A stretch of 64,000 bases of DNA from Octopus bimaculoides (GCF_001194135.2 NC_068984.1:10900583-10964582); one strand, 5' to 3'; positions 12,696-25,742 are shown, numbered from the stretch's first letter. The notes: generated by a model from the letters alone, not told the origin. Program-made: numbers and translations.

Positions 12696-12811
12696 TTTCA
12701 GTTTGAAATTTGTATTTAAGTAGTTATTTGAATTCAAATTAAATAATAAAACTTATTTGATGTGGTTAAAAAATTATACCAATTTCTACATCATAATTTC
12801 CTGCATATACA

Positions 12812-13230
12812 GACATGGCTGTGTGGTAAGAAGTTTACTTCCCAACCATTTGGTTCTGAGTTCAGTCCCACTATGTGGCATTTTGAGCAAGTATCTTCTG
12901 CTATAGCCTCAGGCCAAACAAAGCCTTATGTGTGGATTTAGTAGACAGAAACTGAAAGAAACCTATTGTATAAATATATGTCCGTATACTTGTTTGTGTG
13001 TATCCGTGTGTGTCTTTGTATATATTTGTTCCCCCAGCACCACTTGACAACCAGTGTTGGTGTATTTATGTCCCTATGATTTAGTAGTTCAGCAAAGAGA
13101 CTGATAGAATAAGTAATTGGCTTAAAAAAAAAGAAAGCAGGATTTGGAGTTGATTCGTTCAAGGAGAGTTCTTCAAGGTGGTGCTCCAGCATGGCCACAA
13201 TTTAATGACCGAAACAAATAAAAGGTAAAA
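12812..13230 (+). mobile_element. Family A SINE, full length
   Basis: Head, central (TG/TA) microsatellite and tail 'ggtgctccagcatggccac...gaaacaaataaaag'. Confidence 0.85.
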
Positions 13231-14222
13231 AAAAGATAAAAATAATACAAGCCATTGTTGTATTTAGTGTAAACATTCAAACCTCATCACTATTTTTCCA
13301 AATCCTGCTGCATTTCACATGGAATTTCCAGCCCTCCAAAGTCATCTTGACCCATTAGTGCCCCAGGGTTTTTATACAACTTTATCTGATACTAAATATA
13401 TAAAAAAAAATTTATCACAATATTTGAAAGACACTCTAGTCTTGATGACTAACTAAAGATATCTCAGAAAAATACAGGTGTTGCAGAAATATGATGGATT
13501 ATCCTTCCGGTCCTAAAAAAAAAAAAGGACCATGAGCGCTAATGGGTTCATGTATAAGCCAACCAACCTTTTCTTTGCAGTAAATTTTCATCTGAAAAAT
13601 TCAAGTTGTTAAGCTGCAAAATACAGAATATATGAACAGAACTGCGAAGAGTTTCTTATATTTGATGCAAATACAACATTATAATAGAACTGGATTATGT
13701 ATAGACTAATTGAACTTTGGCCAACTGGTTGATTGTGACTCTCAAGAAAAACATGAAAGACACCTAAAGAAAATATTAGCGTTGCATTCAAAATAACAAC
13801 CAATATCATTATAATCACATTCATTGAAATATCAATAAGGAAAGGTGTTTCAAGTCTTTTGTATTTATTGCATTGTACAGTAAAATGGGAACAAGGAAGT
13901 GCTTATAATGTATAGTAAATTAATAACAGTTGTTCAAGTTATGTATGAGGTTGATAATTACTGAAGGAAAACATCGAAGCCTTTATAGAGTTTTACATAC
14001 ATAAGATGAATAGATTGTATATATTGAGTGTAAAAATGCTGTTTATCTTGTTCCTCTTTGCACCAGAATCCAACCTTTATTCAATTCAGTTCAGATTTCT
14101 TTTTTTGTATTTTTTTTTTTATTTGTTTGTTGGTTGTTGTTGTTTTTTTGTCATTATATGGCTATGGAAGTAAAATTGCCTCTCAATATGAAGGAACAAA
14201 AGGCAATAACAGCAAAAATAAC

Positions 14223-14258
<36 letters not shown>

Positions 14259-14616
14259 CACTTAATAAACCCAGTTAACAAATTATATCTATTTTACACA
14301 TACATATATAAAGATATAAATGATGGAGAAATGCTATGCAGATTACTTGAATCTATATATCATGACATGTNNNNNNNNNNNNNNNNNNNNNNNNNNNNNN
14401 NNNNNNNNNNNNNNNNNNNNNNNNNNNNNNNNNNNNNNNNNNNNNNNNNNNNNNNNNNNNNNNNNNNNNNNNNNNNNNNNNNNNNNNNNNNNNNNNNNNN
14501 NNNNNNNNNNNNNNNNNNNNNNNNNNNNNNNNNNNNNNNNNNNNNNNNNNNNNNNNNNNNNNNNNNNNNNNNNNNNNNNNNNNNNNNNNNNNNNNNNNNN
14601 NNNNNNNNNNNNNNNN

Positions 14617-14672
<56 letters not shown>

Positions 14673-15713
14673 TATACAAAATGATGAACAGGTAGAATCA
14701 CAGTAATAAATATAAACATATCTGGATATGGTACATATAAAATATACCCATTCATCAATATTAGTAACAGTATTCAATTGTGTGGCAGCCTTGGCATCAC
14801 ACACACACATAAGTACACATACATAAGTACACACACATTTGTATGTATGTATGTATGTATGAATATACACACACATATGTAATACTGTACCTTTTCAATG
14901 TGTTTTAAGTATATAAAGATGGGAACTAGAATTTGGATTTTTTTTTTAAATATGTATAAGCTTTGATATTTAAATTCTAAAGTGGTGGTCGGGAAGTATT
15001 TTAATGGTGATGCTTTCATCTGCAATTTAAACAAGTCTGCAGAAACCTTTTGAAAGGTTCAGCTAGGTAAAAGATGGTAGATATACAGGAGGCAACAAAT
15101 TGTGGGGTCTGGAAAGTGAAACCATCAGCATTGTAAATAAACACCAATAAATGGGTTGTAGATAGTATCTTGACAAAAACTGATTTCTCTGAAAGCAGGC
15201 CCTTTCAGAATCTGACTCTGTAACCCAGAATTTAACCCCCTGCTCCTGTGACTTTCTACACAGAAGCCCTAAATCAGTAGCTTGTGTTGATTGCTTTAGT
15301 TTCAACGTTATAAGAAAAATATATATAATATAAAAAAGCCAGATGTTGTGTTCTGTTGATATGTAAGAATCTTATGATCTTGTTGGTCTACAATATAGGA
15401 TTCTGTCACTGGCACTCACAGGAAATTTGTTTATATTTATCTTGAGATTTAGATTCTTTTTATCTATTTTATTTATTTAATGCTGCTGTTGCTGCTGCTG
15501 TCGCTGTTGTTGTACTTTTTCTGCTGTTTTTCAACATTAACATGAATACATTTCTTGAATGTTGTTCTGAAAGCAAACACCCCTATCTTCTTACATAGAA
15601 AAGGCTGCAATCACCCCTTCACTTAACCTCACACTAATTATCTTTACCCTTTTCCACAAATTCTCCCCTACCAACCCTGCCTTTATTCTATTCTTTAGAA
15701 AATCTTTCTCAAT

Positions 15714-15750
<37 letters not shown>

Positions 15751-16212
15751 CTTTTATACCTGTTTTCATTTTCTGAAACATTTCTTCCAAATTTTCATTC
15801 ATTTCAATCCCCTTTTCAAACCTTTCAAAAATCTTTTCTCTCTAATACATTTGTTATCAAATTCAATTAATCAATTATTTTTTTCCTTTTTTATTTTTAC
15901 GTTCTGCTTTGGTTATATTTTTGTTTTGACATCATACCAATATCTTTTGGGAGAGTTTGAAAACACAAATGTTTCAAGATGCTCTTTAAATCTAAATAAC
16001 ATAACATTTCCAAAATTATTTTCTGGCTTCCTTATCCTGCTATTTTCCATATTAAAATTACATATTTTCTAAAATATTTTATTTGCCAAAAGGAGATTAA
16101 AGAGACAAATAATAAATACATCAATGCTGATGTATAAAAATATATAAGCAGTGTGTACATGTATATATGTATGATTATACTCAATTGTGTGTGTGTGTGT
16201 GCATGTGTATGT

Positions 16213-16595
16213 AGGCATGGCTGTGTGGTAAAAAGCTTGCTGCCCAACAACATGATTCTGGGTTCAGTCCCACTGTACAGCACCTAGGGCAAAGGTCTTC
16301 TACTATGGCTTCGGGCCGACCAAAGCCTTGTGAGTGGATGTGGTAGACGGAAACTGAAAGAATCCCGTTGCGTATATATATGTGTGTGTGTGTGTGTTTG
16401 TGTGTCTGTGTTTGTCCCCCAACATCGCTTGACAACCGTTGTTGGTGTGTTTACATCCCCATCACTTAGCGGTTCGGCAAAAGAGACTGATAGAATAAGT
16501 ACTAGGCTTACAAAGAATAAGTCCTGGGGTCAATTTCTTCGACTAAAAGCAGTGCTCCAGCATGGCCACAAATGACTGAAACAAGTAAAAGAGTA
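16213..16595 (+). mobile_element. Family A SINE, full length, relatively young
   Basis: Retains CpGs ('tcgggccgacc', 'cttagcggttcggc'); complete head and tail. Confidence 0.9.
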
Positions 16596-17964
16596 AAGGA
16601 AAATTAAATTTTCAGTAATTGTTAAGACAAGATATTGTTAATTACCGGATTAAGGAGTTTATTGAAACCAGTGATTTGGAAGACATAGTTTCAGTTCAGT
16701 GGTAAAACACTTATCCCTTTGTAGACAGGGCATAAGCAGTGTATTACTACTTTATACAACCCAAGAACATCAATCTTTTCCTTAGCTCTGTGTTATCCTC
16801 ATCATTATCAACATCCTTTAACATACTTTTTTTTTTCCTGTGCTTTAAACATTTCTTCTAAAATATAGATATCAGNNNNNNNNNNNNNNNNNNNNNNNNN
16901 NNNNNNNNNNNNNNNNNNNNNNNNNNNNNNNNNNNNNGTATCATTTATTTGGTAGATCCAACATTATCTGCAATTTTGATTTGGCTACTTTATTCTCAGC
17001 CTTAGTTAAATCTAACTTGACAGAAGGCTCCTTCTACCATCAACTTATGATATGTGTTTCTTCAGCTTACGTCACATATTTCCATACCAACAGACTTGTT
17101 ATTCTTGAAAATATTGGAAATTCTTTTGATGTCCAGTAATTTCCCCATCTCACCTGCACTCAATCTTTATTATAGATTTACTGTTAACATAAGCACAGGG
17201 CAGTCAGTCTATCCAGCATATGTTTTCACCAGCAGCAATTTTCCAAAGTTCTTCAATGTTTGTGTATATAAATGCATATGCATGCACAGGTACAACTCTG
17301 ATTTTCCAGAAACTCTTTTAATCCAGGTTAATTACAAGGTGGAGGACTTGAAATTCTTGTTGTTGCAAGTCTACTTCACTGTATAACCACAGTGGCATTG
17401 TGTGTACTGTGTATATATATATATGTATTATTTCAACTGCATTTGTTAGTGGCAGAACCAAAATTTCAAGATATCCTCTGCTTATTTAGCTTAAAGCTAC
17501 CCTTAGCTATGGCTACCCAGGTAAGAAAACTGAGAGCATCAGTGGTAGTGTCAAATATAGACATCAATCCATATTGATTTAAGATAAAGTTGGTAGACCT
17601 GTTGAAAAAGATAGACCATGCTATTTCAAAAGGTAAACTGTGTGATATCTGTGACTCTGGTTATGATATAAAGAAACAAAGGGACAAAAATCATCAGCAT
17701 TTCTAGACTTTCACAGTCACATCTTCAGGATGTAAGAAAAATGTTGAAATGAGAACATAGTCATGTGTTCAATACATGTGCATGTGTGTGTATATAAGAG
17801 TTTCTGAACTTCCAAGAGAATGTGAAATATTCTTTTCTTTGGAATAATGAAACTCAAAGTAGATGATAAATCTAGAAATGATAGCATGTAAATATTGGCT
17901 TGAATTGCCCAAAATTAGAGTTCTGACTGCTTGTTATAAACAAGTTTTCCATTAGATGCGTGCC

Positions 17965-18610
17965 ATCATCATCATCATCATTGTTTAACATCCACTTTCC
18001 ATGCTAGCATGGGTTGGATGATTTGATTGAAGACTGGCGAACCAGATGGCTGCACCAGGCTTCAATCTGATCTGTCAGAGTTTCTACAGCTGGATGCCCT
18101 TCCTAACACCAACCACTCCGAGAGTGTAGTGGGTGCTTTTATGTGCCACCAGCATGAGGGCCAGTCAGGCGGTACTGACAATGGCCACGCTCAAATGGTG
18201 TTTGTTACGTGCCACCTGCACAGGAGCCAGCCAGTCCAGTGGCAGTGGCAATGACCTTGCTCGAATGTTTTTTCACGTGCCACCAGCACAAGTGCCAGTA
18301 AGGCGACGCTGATAACGATCATGCTCAAATAGTGCTATTTATGTGCCACCGGCACGGAAGCCAGACAGCTGCTCTGGCAATGATCACGCTTTAACGGTGC
18401 TGTTAGCGCTCCACTGGCACGGGTGCCAGTCATCGAATTTGGTTCAATTACGATTTCGCTTTCACTTGCCTCAACAGGTCTTCGCAAGTAGAATTTAGAG
18501 TCCAATGAAGGAAAGGTTGGCATGGGAGTCGTCGAATTTGATTCGATTTCGATTTTACTTGCCTCAACAGGTTTTCACAAGCAGAGTTTAGTGTCCAATG
18601 AAGTAAAGTA
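17965..18610 (-). mobile_element. RTE-LINE 3' UTR copy with a long subrepeat array
   Basis: (CAT)n tail, the shared RTE tail, several 'gtgccacc...gccagtc' subunits, and an approximately 100-bp duplication at 18428-18608. Confidence 0.85.
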
Positions 18611-18678
18611 AATACATATATACATACATGTGTATCTGTTTCTATGTGTTGGTGTGTTTATGTGTGCTTACGAGTTGC

Positions 18679-18898
18679 TTAACCCATTTGCATTCAAACC
18701 ACCCACATCCAGCCAAAATATTCTACCATTCTTTATGTTCAAACTGGCTAGATCTGGCCTCTCATACTTACCTTACAACTAAAAAACCAACTGCACCATT
18801 GAAATCTCAAATCTACAAGATAATGCCTGACTAATTCAAATGAATTTCAATAAATAAGTATAACATTTTACAGAGTAATCTGAATCCTAAAGTGTTAA
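18679..18898. mobile_element. piggyBac-like MITE, degenerate
   Basis: TTAA ends; body similar to 9290-9518. Confidence 0.65.
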
Positions 18899-19388
18899 TG
18901 TTTAAAAAGTTAGTAGAAAAATTTTTGAATGTAAACTTCACAAATGAAATGATGCAGAAAAATGATAAGTGAAGGCATCTAGTTGTACAATTTCTGCAGG
19001 CCATTTCTAGCAGGGCAACGCATGCATTAAACTATTATTGATAATAATAGTGTTACTGATGATGATGATAATGATGAGGATGAATTAAGGACCACCTATG
19101 TACCAGAAGAGAGGATTCTAACAGAGTGAGAGATAGAGTGATAAGGAGAGAAAGTATTATCTTTAAAAATATGTAAAATGTTTCTTGTATTGTGAGTTGA
19201 CCCATGAATTATGTAATTAGGTCTTTAGAAAATTTTGTCAGACAAAATATCTTTAAAATAATATTATGTTACGACATTTTATTTTTAAGTTGTTTGTGAA
19301 TTTATGAGTATTTCGGTGGAAAGTAACTTTTTAACATGTCTTTCACATACAAACAAACTCTAATGGTTTTATATACATGAATACACTA

Positions 19389-19427
<39 letters not shown>

Positions 19428-19692
19428 TATGTGCACATGCATTCATCTATCTATCTATCTGTCTGTCTGTCTGTCTGTCTATCTGGTGAATTGTTGGAAC
19501 AAACAAGAAAAACAGACTTCAGTATGTAAAAATATATTTTTTTAATAAGCTGCAAAGTTACATAAGTGACTCAAGGACAGACAGTTTAGTGCATTGTACT
19601 TATCAACATGTGTGTGTGGTGTGCGTGTATGCACATACACACATGTGCACACATGCATTGACAAACACACATATATACACATCACACTCAGA

Positions 19693-19698
<6 letters not shown>

Positions 19699-19773
<75 letters not shown>
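19699..19773. repeat. (TA)n microsatellite
   Basis: Long uninterrupted TA run. Confidence 0.95.
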
Positions 19774-19777
<4 letters not shown>

Positions 19778-20160
19778 TCTTTTACTTGCTTCAGTCATTT
19801 GACTGCGGTCATGCTGGAGCACCACCTTTAGTCGAGCAAATCTATCCCAGGACTTTTTCTTTGTAAGCCTAGTACTTATTCTATCAGACTCTTTTGACGA
19901 ACAACTAAGTTACGAGGATGTAAACACACCACCATCGATTGTCAAGCGATGTTGGCGGGACAAACATAGACACACAAACATATACACATACACACACACG
20001 CACACATATATATGTGTATATATACGACTGGCTTCTTTCAGTTTCTGTCTACCAAATCCACTCACAAGGCTTTGATCAGCCCGAAGCTATAGTAGAAGGC
20101 ACTTACCCAAGGTTTCACACAGTGAAACTAAACTTGGGACCATGTGGTTGGTAAGCAACC
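19778..20160 (-). mobile_element. Family A SINE, full length
   Basis: Reverse complement of the family A head and tail. Confidence 0.88.
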
Positions 20161-20392
20161 TACTTACCACACAGCCACTCCAAATCAAATGTGTTTTTGC
20201 ACATATTCATGTGTACAGTAGAGTATGCACAAAAATGCATTTAGTCAAAATGCTGTTGACTAAAAGTGCATATGCCTACTCATGCAAATATAATATTCAT
20301 ATAACACTTTCATACAAACACATTGGTTCAGTAGTGATACGAGTGATGAGTCTAATGTGGGTCTTGAATTTTTTTTTTTTTGTGCCCTTTTT

Positions 20393-20624
20393 AAAACCTA
20401 GCCAGGCTCATGGGCCCGGTTTCCCTGTTTCAATGGCATATGTGTTCCCTAGCTGGACAGGACGCCAGTCCATCACAGCATTACTCATTTTTTGCCAGCT
20501 GAGTGGACTGGAGCAACGTGAAATGAAATGTGTTGCTCAAGAACACAACACATCACCTGGTCCAGGAATCGAAACCACAATCTTACAATCATGGTGCTGA
20601 CACCCTAACCACTAAGCCACGTGC
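20393..20624 (-). mobile_element. Family B-related SINE (same central domain, different tail)
   Basis: Reverse complement reads 'gcacgtggcttagtggttagggtgtcagc...ggtttcgattcc...gttgtgttcttgagcaacac...ccagtccactcagctgg'. Confidence 0.8.
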
Positions 20625-20903
20625 TATATATTAGACAAAATAAGATAACAAAGCCAAGGCTGTGAAGTGTTTTCAGAAAATTTATAAAGAAAAAGATGTA
20701 GATGTAGTCTTATGGCTGTTTCTGGGATATTTGAATATCCCTTCATCAGAGACCTCTATTTAACCATCTCACATCATCTGATGAAGGGATATCCATAATG
20801 TCCCAGAAACAGCTGTAAGACTATATCTATATCTTTTTCCTTATAAATGTCTTGAAAACATTTCACAACCTTGGCTTTGTTATCTCATTTTGTCTAATAT
20901 ATA
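20625..20903. mobile_element. About 280-bp palindromic element made of two inverted Penelope-type termini
   Basis: Arms tatattagacaaaataagataacaaagccaagg... / ...ccttggctttgttatctcattttgtctaatata, with a loop of about 25 nt. Each arm has a CTGATGA...GAAAC core. Confidence 0.8.
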
Positions 20904-20936
20904 TATATATAAGCATGCTTAATACAAGACCCTCAT

Positions 20937-20970
<34 letters not shown>

Positions 20971-21529
20971 AATATATATATATACACACACACACATACA
21001 TATTACTCTCACACACACACACACATTTTTGTGTACACACATAAGCACATGTTCAACCACTCTTCAACTTAGGGATACACACACACACAAAAAAAAAAAC
21101 AACAACACTCACCCAACTCCATCGAATATGCTAATACAGTAGTCATTCTCACTCAAAGAGGATCACATCCACCCCTTATCCACCCTAATCTGTGATGCTC
21201 TTGGATGCAGCACCCCATGGCAATGTTTACATGGCCTCTTTTCTCCAAGTTGTGTATTTAATGACTTTGTCCCATTTACACACTTCTGTCTTCAAAGTCT
21301 GCTGCTGCTGCTGCTTCTTGTCCCCTAACCCCTTTCCCCCTTCCCCATCTTCATTTGCTTTTGGTATGAAATCTCATCTGATTTGTTACCATTTCCATAT
21401 CTCTTTCCCTTCCACCCCTTAAACTGACCTTTTAATGCCTCAGTGATAACAGAAGTTGGCAAAGTCTGCAAGACAGAAGTTCAGGGGAATATTTGCTTGT
21501 ATGATATATATATTGACTGACCTGTCATT

Positions 21530-21658
21530 AGCTATCTCCCATCACCATCATTACCACAACCACTATTATCATCATCATCGTCATCTCACCACCACCATCA
21601 TCATCATCTGTCCATTTTTCTTTATGAGGTCTTCTTCTTGTTCTTCTTCTTTTTTCTT

Positions 21659-21689
<31 letters not shown>

Positions 21690-22112
21690 TCATCATCATC
21701 ATCATCATCGCCATCTCACCACGACCATCATCATCATCTGTCCATTTTTCTTTGAGGTCTTCTTCTTGTTCTTCTTTTTTTCTTGTTCTTCTTCTTCTTC
21801 TTCTTATTATTATTATTATTATTATTATTATCATCATCATCATCATCATCATCATCATCTCACCACCACCATCATCATCATCTGTCCATTTTTCTTTATG
21901 AGGTCTTCTTGTTCTTTTTTTTCTTCTTCTTCTTCTTCTTATTANNNNNNNNNNTTTTCTTCTTCTTCTTCTTATTATTATTATTATTATTATCATCATC
22001 ATCATCATCGTCATCTCACCACCACCATCATCATCATCTGTCCATTTTTCTTTATGAGGTCTTCTTCTTGTTCTTCTTCTTGTTCTTGTTCTTCTTCTTC
22101 TTCTTCTTCTTC
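21530..22112. repeat. Higher-order tandem repeat: 4 units of about 130-155 bp built from microsatellites
   Basis: The anchor 'ctgtccatttttctttatgaggtcttc' occurs at about 21608, 21738, 21882 and 22038, separated by variable (TTC)n(TAT)n(CAT)n. Confidence 0.9.
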
Positions 22113-22625
22113 AAGACACATTCAGCATCCTGTGTTGCTTGACGTCTGTTTTCTGCATCTGTAAAAAACGAAATGCAGTTCACACAACTGATTGATGGCA
22201 GTTACAGTGTTCTTGCAAATGACATCACTAGTGTGATGCAAGTTAATCCTGTATATAGATTTAGGGGCTTTCATTGTTTAATATATGTGTATGTGTGTAT
22301 TTGATGCAAAAATAAAAATTAAAAAAACAAGGACAAAATAAAAAAAACAGATGATGTATTAGGCTGACACTCAGGAAAATTGGAATATGTCTCTAACGTT
22401 TTGAGCTAATGCTCTTCTTTGGAAAGGGCAGAAGAGGAGAGAAAGATATGAAACTTTTGATATAACTGTTGTATCAGTTTTTCCGAGCTTTTATGTGCAC
22501 ATACCCTTCTTGATACTAACCTTTTTAGTTGCCTGTAGCAACCTACAAACATACAGTATATGTCTTCCAAAAACTGGAATACACACAGTATATATGCATA
22601 CATACATGTATAGAATATATATATA

Positions 22626-23226
22626 TACGACGGTGAGTCAAAAAGTAATGCCATTTTGTTTAGGACAGGTATAATTACCAACACAGGAACATGTATCATA
22701 CATCAAAATGAAGCTGGTCCTCTGTGAACCACATCCCTACTTGTCAACATAGTCACCGTTTCTCTCAATAGCAATGTTCCACCTTCAAATGAGGGCATGT
22801 ATCCCTGTCCCATAAAATTCTATTGACTGTTCTTTGAGTCATTTCTTCACTACAGTTTTCACTTCCTCATCACTGGAATAATGTTTGCCTCTCAAACTCT
22901 CTTTCATGGGGCCGAAGAGATGATAGTCCAGTGACAAGGAAGTGAAAACTGTAGTGAAGAAGTGACTCAAAAAACAGTCAACAGTATTTCACGGGGCAGG
23001 GATACATGCTCTCATTCGAAGGTGGAACATTGCTATTGAGAGAAAGGTGACTATGTTGAGAAGTAGGGATGTGATCCAAAGAGGACCAGCTTCATTTTGA
23101 TGNNNNNNNNNNTAGGGATGTGATCCAAAGAGGACCAGCTTCATTTTGATGTATGATACATGTTCCTGTGTTGGTAATTATACCTGTCCTAAACAAAATG
23201 GCATTACTTTTTGATTCACCCTCGTA
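22626..23226. mobile_element. mariner-derived fold-back element (two inverted transposase 3' ends)
   Basis: TA TSDs and a TIR starting tacga(c/g)ggtgagtcaaaaagtaatgcc. The left arm read on the minus strand is DYHLFGPMKESLRGKHYSSDEEVKTVVKK*LKEQ...RWNIAIERNGDYVDK*, a mariner transposase C-terminus. The right arm repeats it on the plus strand. Confidence 0.9.
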
Positions 23227-23378
23227 TATATATTTTCGTATAGAATTAAGGATAAAATCACTTTAATGATTTCATCAAGTGGCCATCATGAAATAAAAAC
23301 CTTATAGATAACATTTTATATTAATTTATAATTATATGTATAATTATATTAAAGGGTGCTGATTAACCACACCAACAT

Positions 23379-23562
23379 GCTAGAAATAGAATCTAAATGA
23401 CTCCAAAACCACCTCAATACTCTATTAGCACGGGTTATAAGTGGACAGATGGAAAGCTTAAGATTTTCTGATTAATTGTAAATTAATTTCACGCTTAGCA
23501 TTATAAAACACCCTAATGGAGTATTGAAGTGGTTTTAGTGCCATTTGGTATCTATTTCTAGT
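23379..23562. mobile_element. Old inverted-repeat element (MITE-like)
   Basis: Arms of about 50 bp: gctagaaatagaatctaaatgactccaaaaccacctcaatactctattag / ctaatggagtattgaagtggttttagtgccatttggtatctatttctag. Confidence 0.65.
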
Positions 23563-24144
23563 GTATCCTTTAGTTTGTTTTCGCCATCATACTGGAACAC
23601 TGCCTTCAGATATATAATGAATTTCAGTAGAAAAACAAACAAAATTCTATTTTAATGACAAAACTTATTTAACTTTCTCTCATTGAGTTCATCCTTAAAT
23701 AAACAATAGGGTTTAAAAATTACTTTTTTCTTTGTTTTCTTTCATTTTTAAAATTTTGTTTCTTTAGCTTAAAGAACATATTAGAATTCTCTGTTTTGGA
23801 AAAAAACACCTGCAAGAACATAAATGATTTGTATTTTGGTACATTGCTAAATAGATTTCTTTTATTTACATTTTTTCTCTTTATTTATATATTTTGAACT
23901 TCTCTCATCCCTCCTCCGCCCTACTTTCAGTTTTGTTGATGTCTCTCCTCTTGTAATGGTCTACTTTATTCCAGGAACATTCACTGTCGATGATAGAGAG
24001 CAGTGTTAATAAATATTATCTTATCAGTCAGCAAGTAGTCTGACAGACTGATGGAAAACGAAGAGATAAGTGAAGAAGAGATAGAAACTATTCTTCCTTG
24101 TAGTTTGTGTTTTGGTTATATAGTTTCATTCCTTTACAAATGAA

Positions 24145-24315
24145 GAGCCAGCTGTGTGTGTGTATGTATATAAGTAGACAGGTTGTATATGTATATATGT
24201 ATGTGTATATACATGTGCTTGTGTGTATGTATGGGCATGTGTGTGTATATATATATATATATATGTATATACATACATGTGTGTATGTATGTATGCATGT
24301 GTGTATGTATATATG

Positions 24316-24393
<78 letters not shown>

Positions 24394-24540
24394 CATATGC
24401 ATGTATACATATTTGTGTATTTGTGCATGTATATATGTATATGTGTAGGTATGTGTGTGTATGAATATGATGTGTGCATGTATATCTATGTATGTGTGTC
24501 TATGTATATCTGTGTATCTTTAATGTTTGTGTGTGTCTTT
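24145..24540. repeat. Compound (TG)/(TA)/(TC) microsatellite field
   Basis: Directly visible; source of several spurious YI/CV-rich ORFs. Confidence 0.95.
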
Positions 24541-25315
24541 AGTTAAAGGCGAATCTAGACTAACTTACATGGATCATTTACCTTATATCTCACTACATAC
24601 ACTATCTAAGTCTTTTTTTTTTTTTGTTACTTCTTGTGTCTGTTTATTTTTGTTTGTTTTTTTGTTTTTCTTTGATATTTCTAAAATCTAAGAAATCTAA
24701 CATTTCACCGAACCAGAATGGAAATCAAAAAAAAAAAGAAGAAAGAAAACCACTTTAATACTTTGTCATATTTCCTCATTATCATTTAACATCAGCTTTT
24801 CCGCATAGTCATGGGTCAGACAGATGAACAAGTAGCCAGATGCTGTGCCAAAGTAGACAGGTCTCCTTCAACACACCACCTAGCCACTTGTTCACCTCTT
24901 TCATGAGGTTCAGCATTTTGAAGTCATCTTTCAACATCTTTTTTTTCTATTCTCTTCATCAGTCTCCCTCTCATGCCAGCTCCTTCCATTTGGTTCAATT
25001 GGCATCTCTTTACTAAACTGTTAGCTTACAAATGCATTACATATCATGTACCAACAATCTCCTTTCTCTTTCACTCGACTGCATATGTATGCACATGCGT
25101 GCGCGTGCATGTGTGTGTGTAATCTTTATTTACATTGCTGCAATTTTTAAAAGTAGATTCCCTTGGGGTCACAGTGACCATGACACTTTTGCAGGCTCTT
25201 CCAGACAATTGACATTTAAGTCCAGCTGAATAATAATACCAGTAGAAACACAACCCTTCTAGCAGTTTTCTGCTCATCATTATCCTAAGGGTTCATATGT
25301 ATAAGTGTGTGTGTA

Positions 25316-25740
25316 TCATCATCATCATCATCATCGTCGTCATTTAACGTCCGCTTTCCATGCTAGCATGGGTTGGACGATTTGACTGAGGACTGGCGAA
25401 CCAGATGGCTGCACTAGGCTACAATCTGATCTGGCAGAGTTTCGACAGCTGGATGCCCTTCCTAACGCCAACCACTCCGAGAGTGTAGTGGGTGCTTTTA
25501 CATGCCACCANNNNNNNNNNNNNNNNNNNNNNNNNNNNNNNNNNNNNNNNNNNNNNNNNNNNNNNNNNNNNNNNNNNNNNNNNNNNNNNNNNNNNNNNNN
25601 NNNNNNNNNNNNNNNNNNNNNNNNNNNNNNNNNNNNNNNNGGAGCCAGTCCAGCAGCACTGGCAACGACCTTTCTTGAATATCTTTTCATGTCTTTTCAG
25701 TAAGGCGACGCTGGTAACGATCATGCTCAAATAGTGCTAT

Positions 25741-25742
<2 letters not shown>
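25316..25742 (-). mobile_element. RTE-LINE 3' UTR copy, spanning an N gap
   Basis: (CAT)n tail plus the shared RTE tail. Confidence 0.85.

Noticed and set aside
16213-16290. tRNA-like heads as possible tRNA genes
   Set aside because: They lack a complete cloverleaf and run directly into SINE bodies repeated many times.
17449-17526. Strong donor 'cccag|gtaaga' with possible upstream acceptors
   Set aside because: The peptide (AEPKFQDILCLFSLKLPLAMATQ) shows no resemblance to MAGI or any family I recognise. Isolated donor matches are expected by chance in 64 kb.
21456-22164. Several ORFs of more than 100 aa made of poly-S/F/H/I/R
   Set aside because: They are translations of trinucleotide microsatellites in the compound tandem repeat.
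22060-22185. Minus-strand acceptor 'catttcgttttttacag|atgcagaaaac'
   Set aside because: All frames stop quickly or run into a microsatellite; no partner exon or homology.
23063-23152. Apparent direct duplications flanking 10-N gaps (also about 31082-31120 and 56061-56145)
   Set aside because: Identical sequence on both sides of a tiny gap indicates unmerged contig overlaps, not biology.
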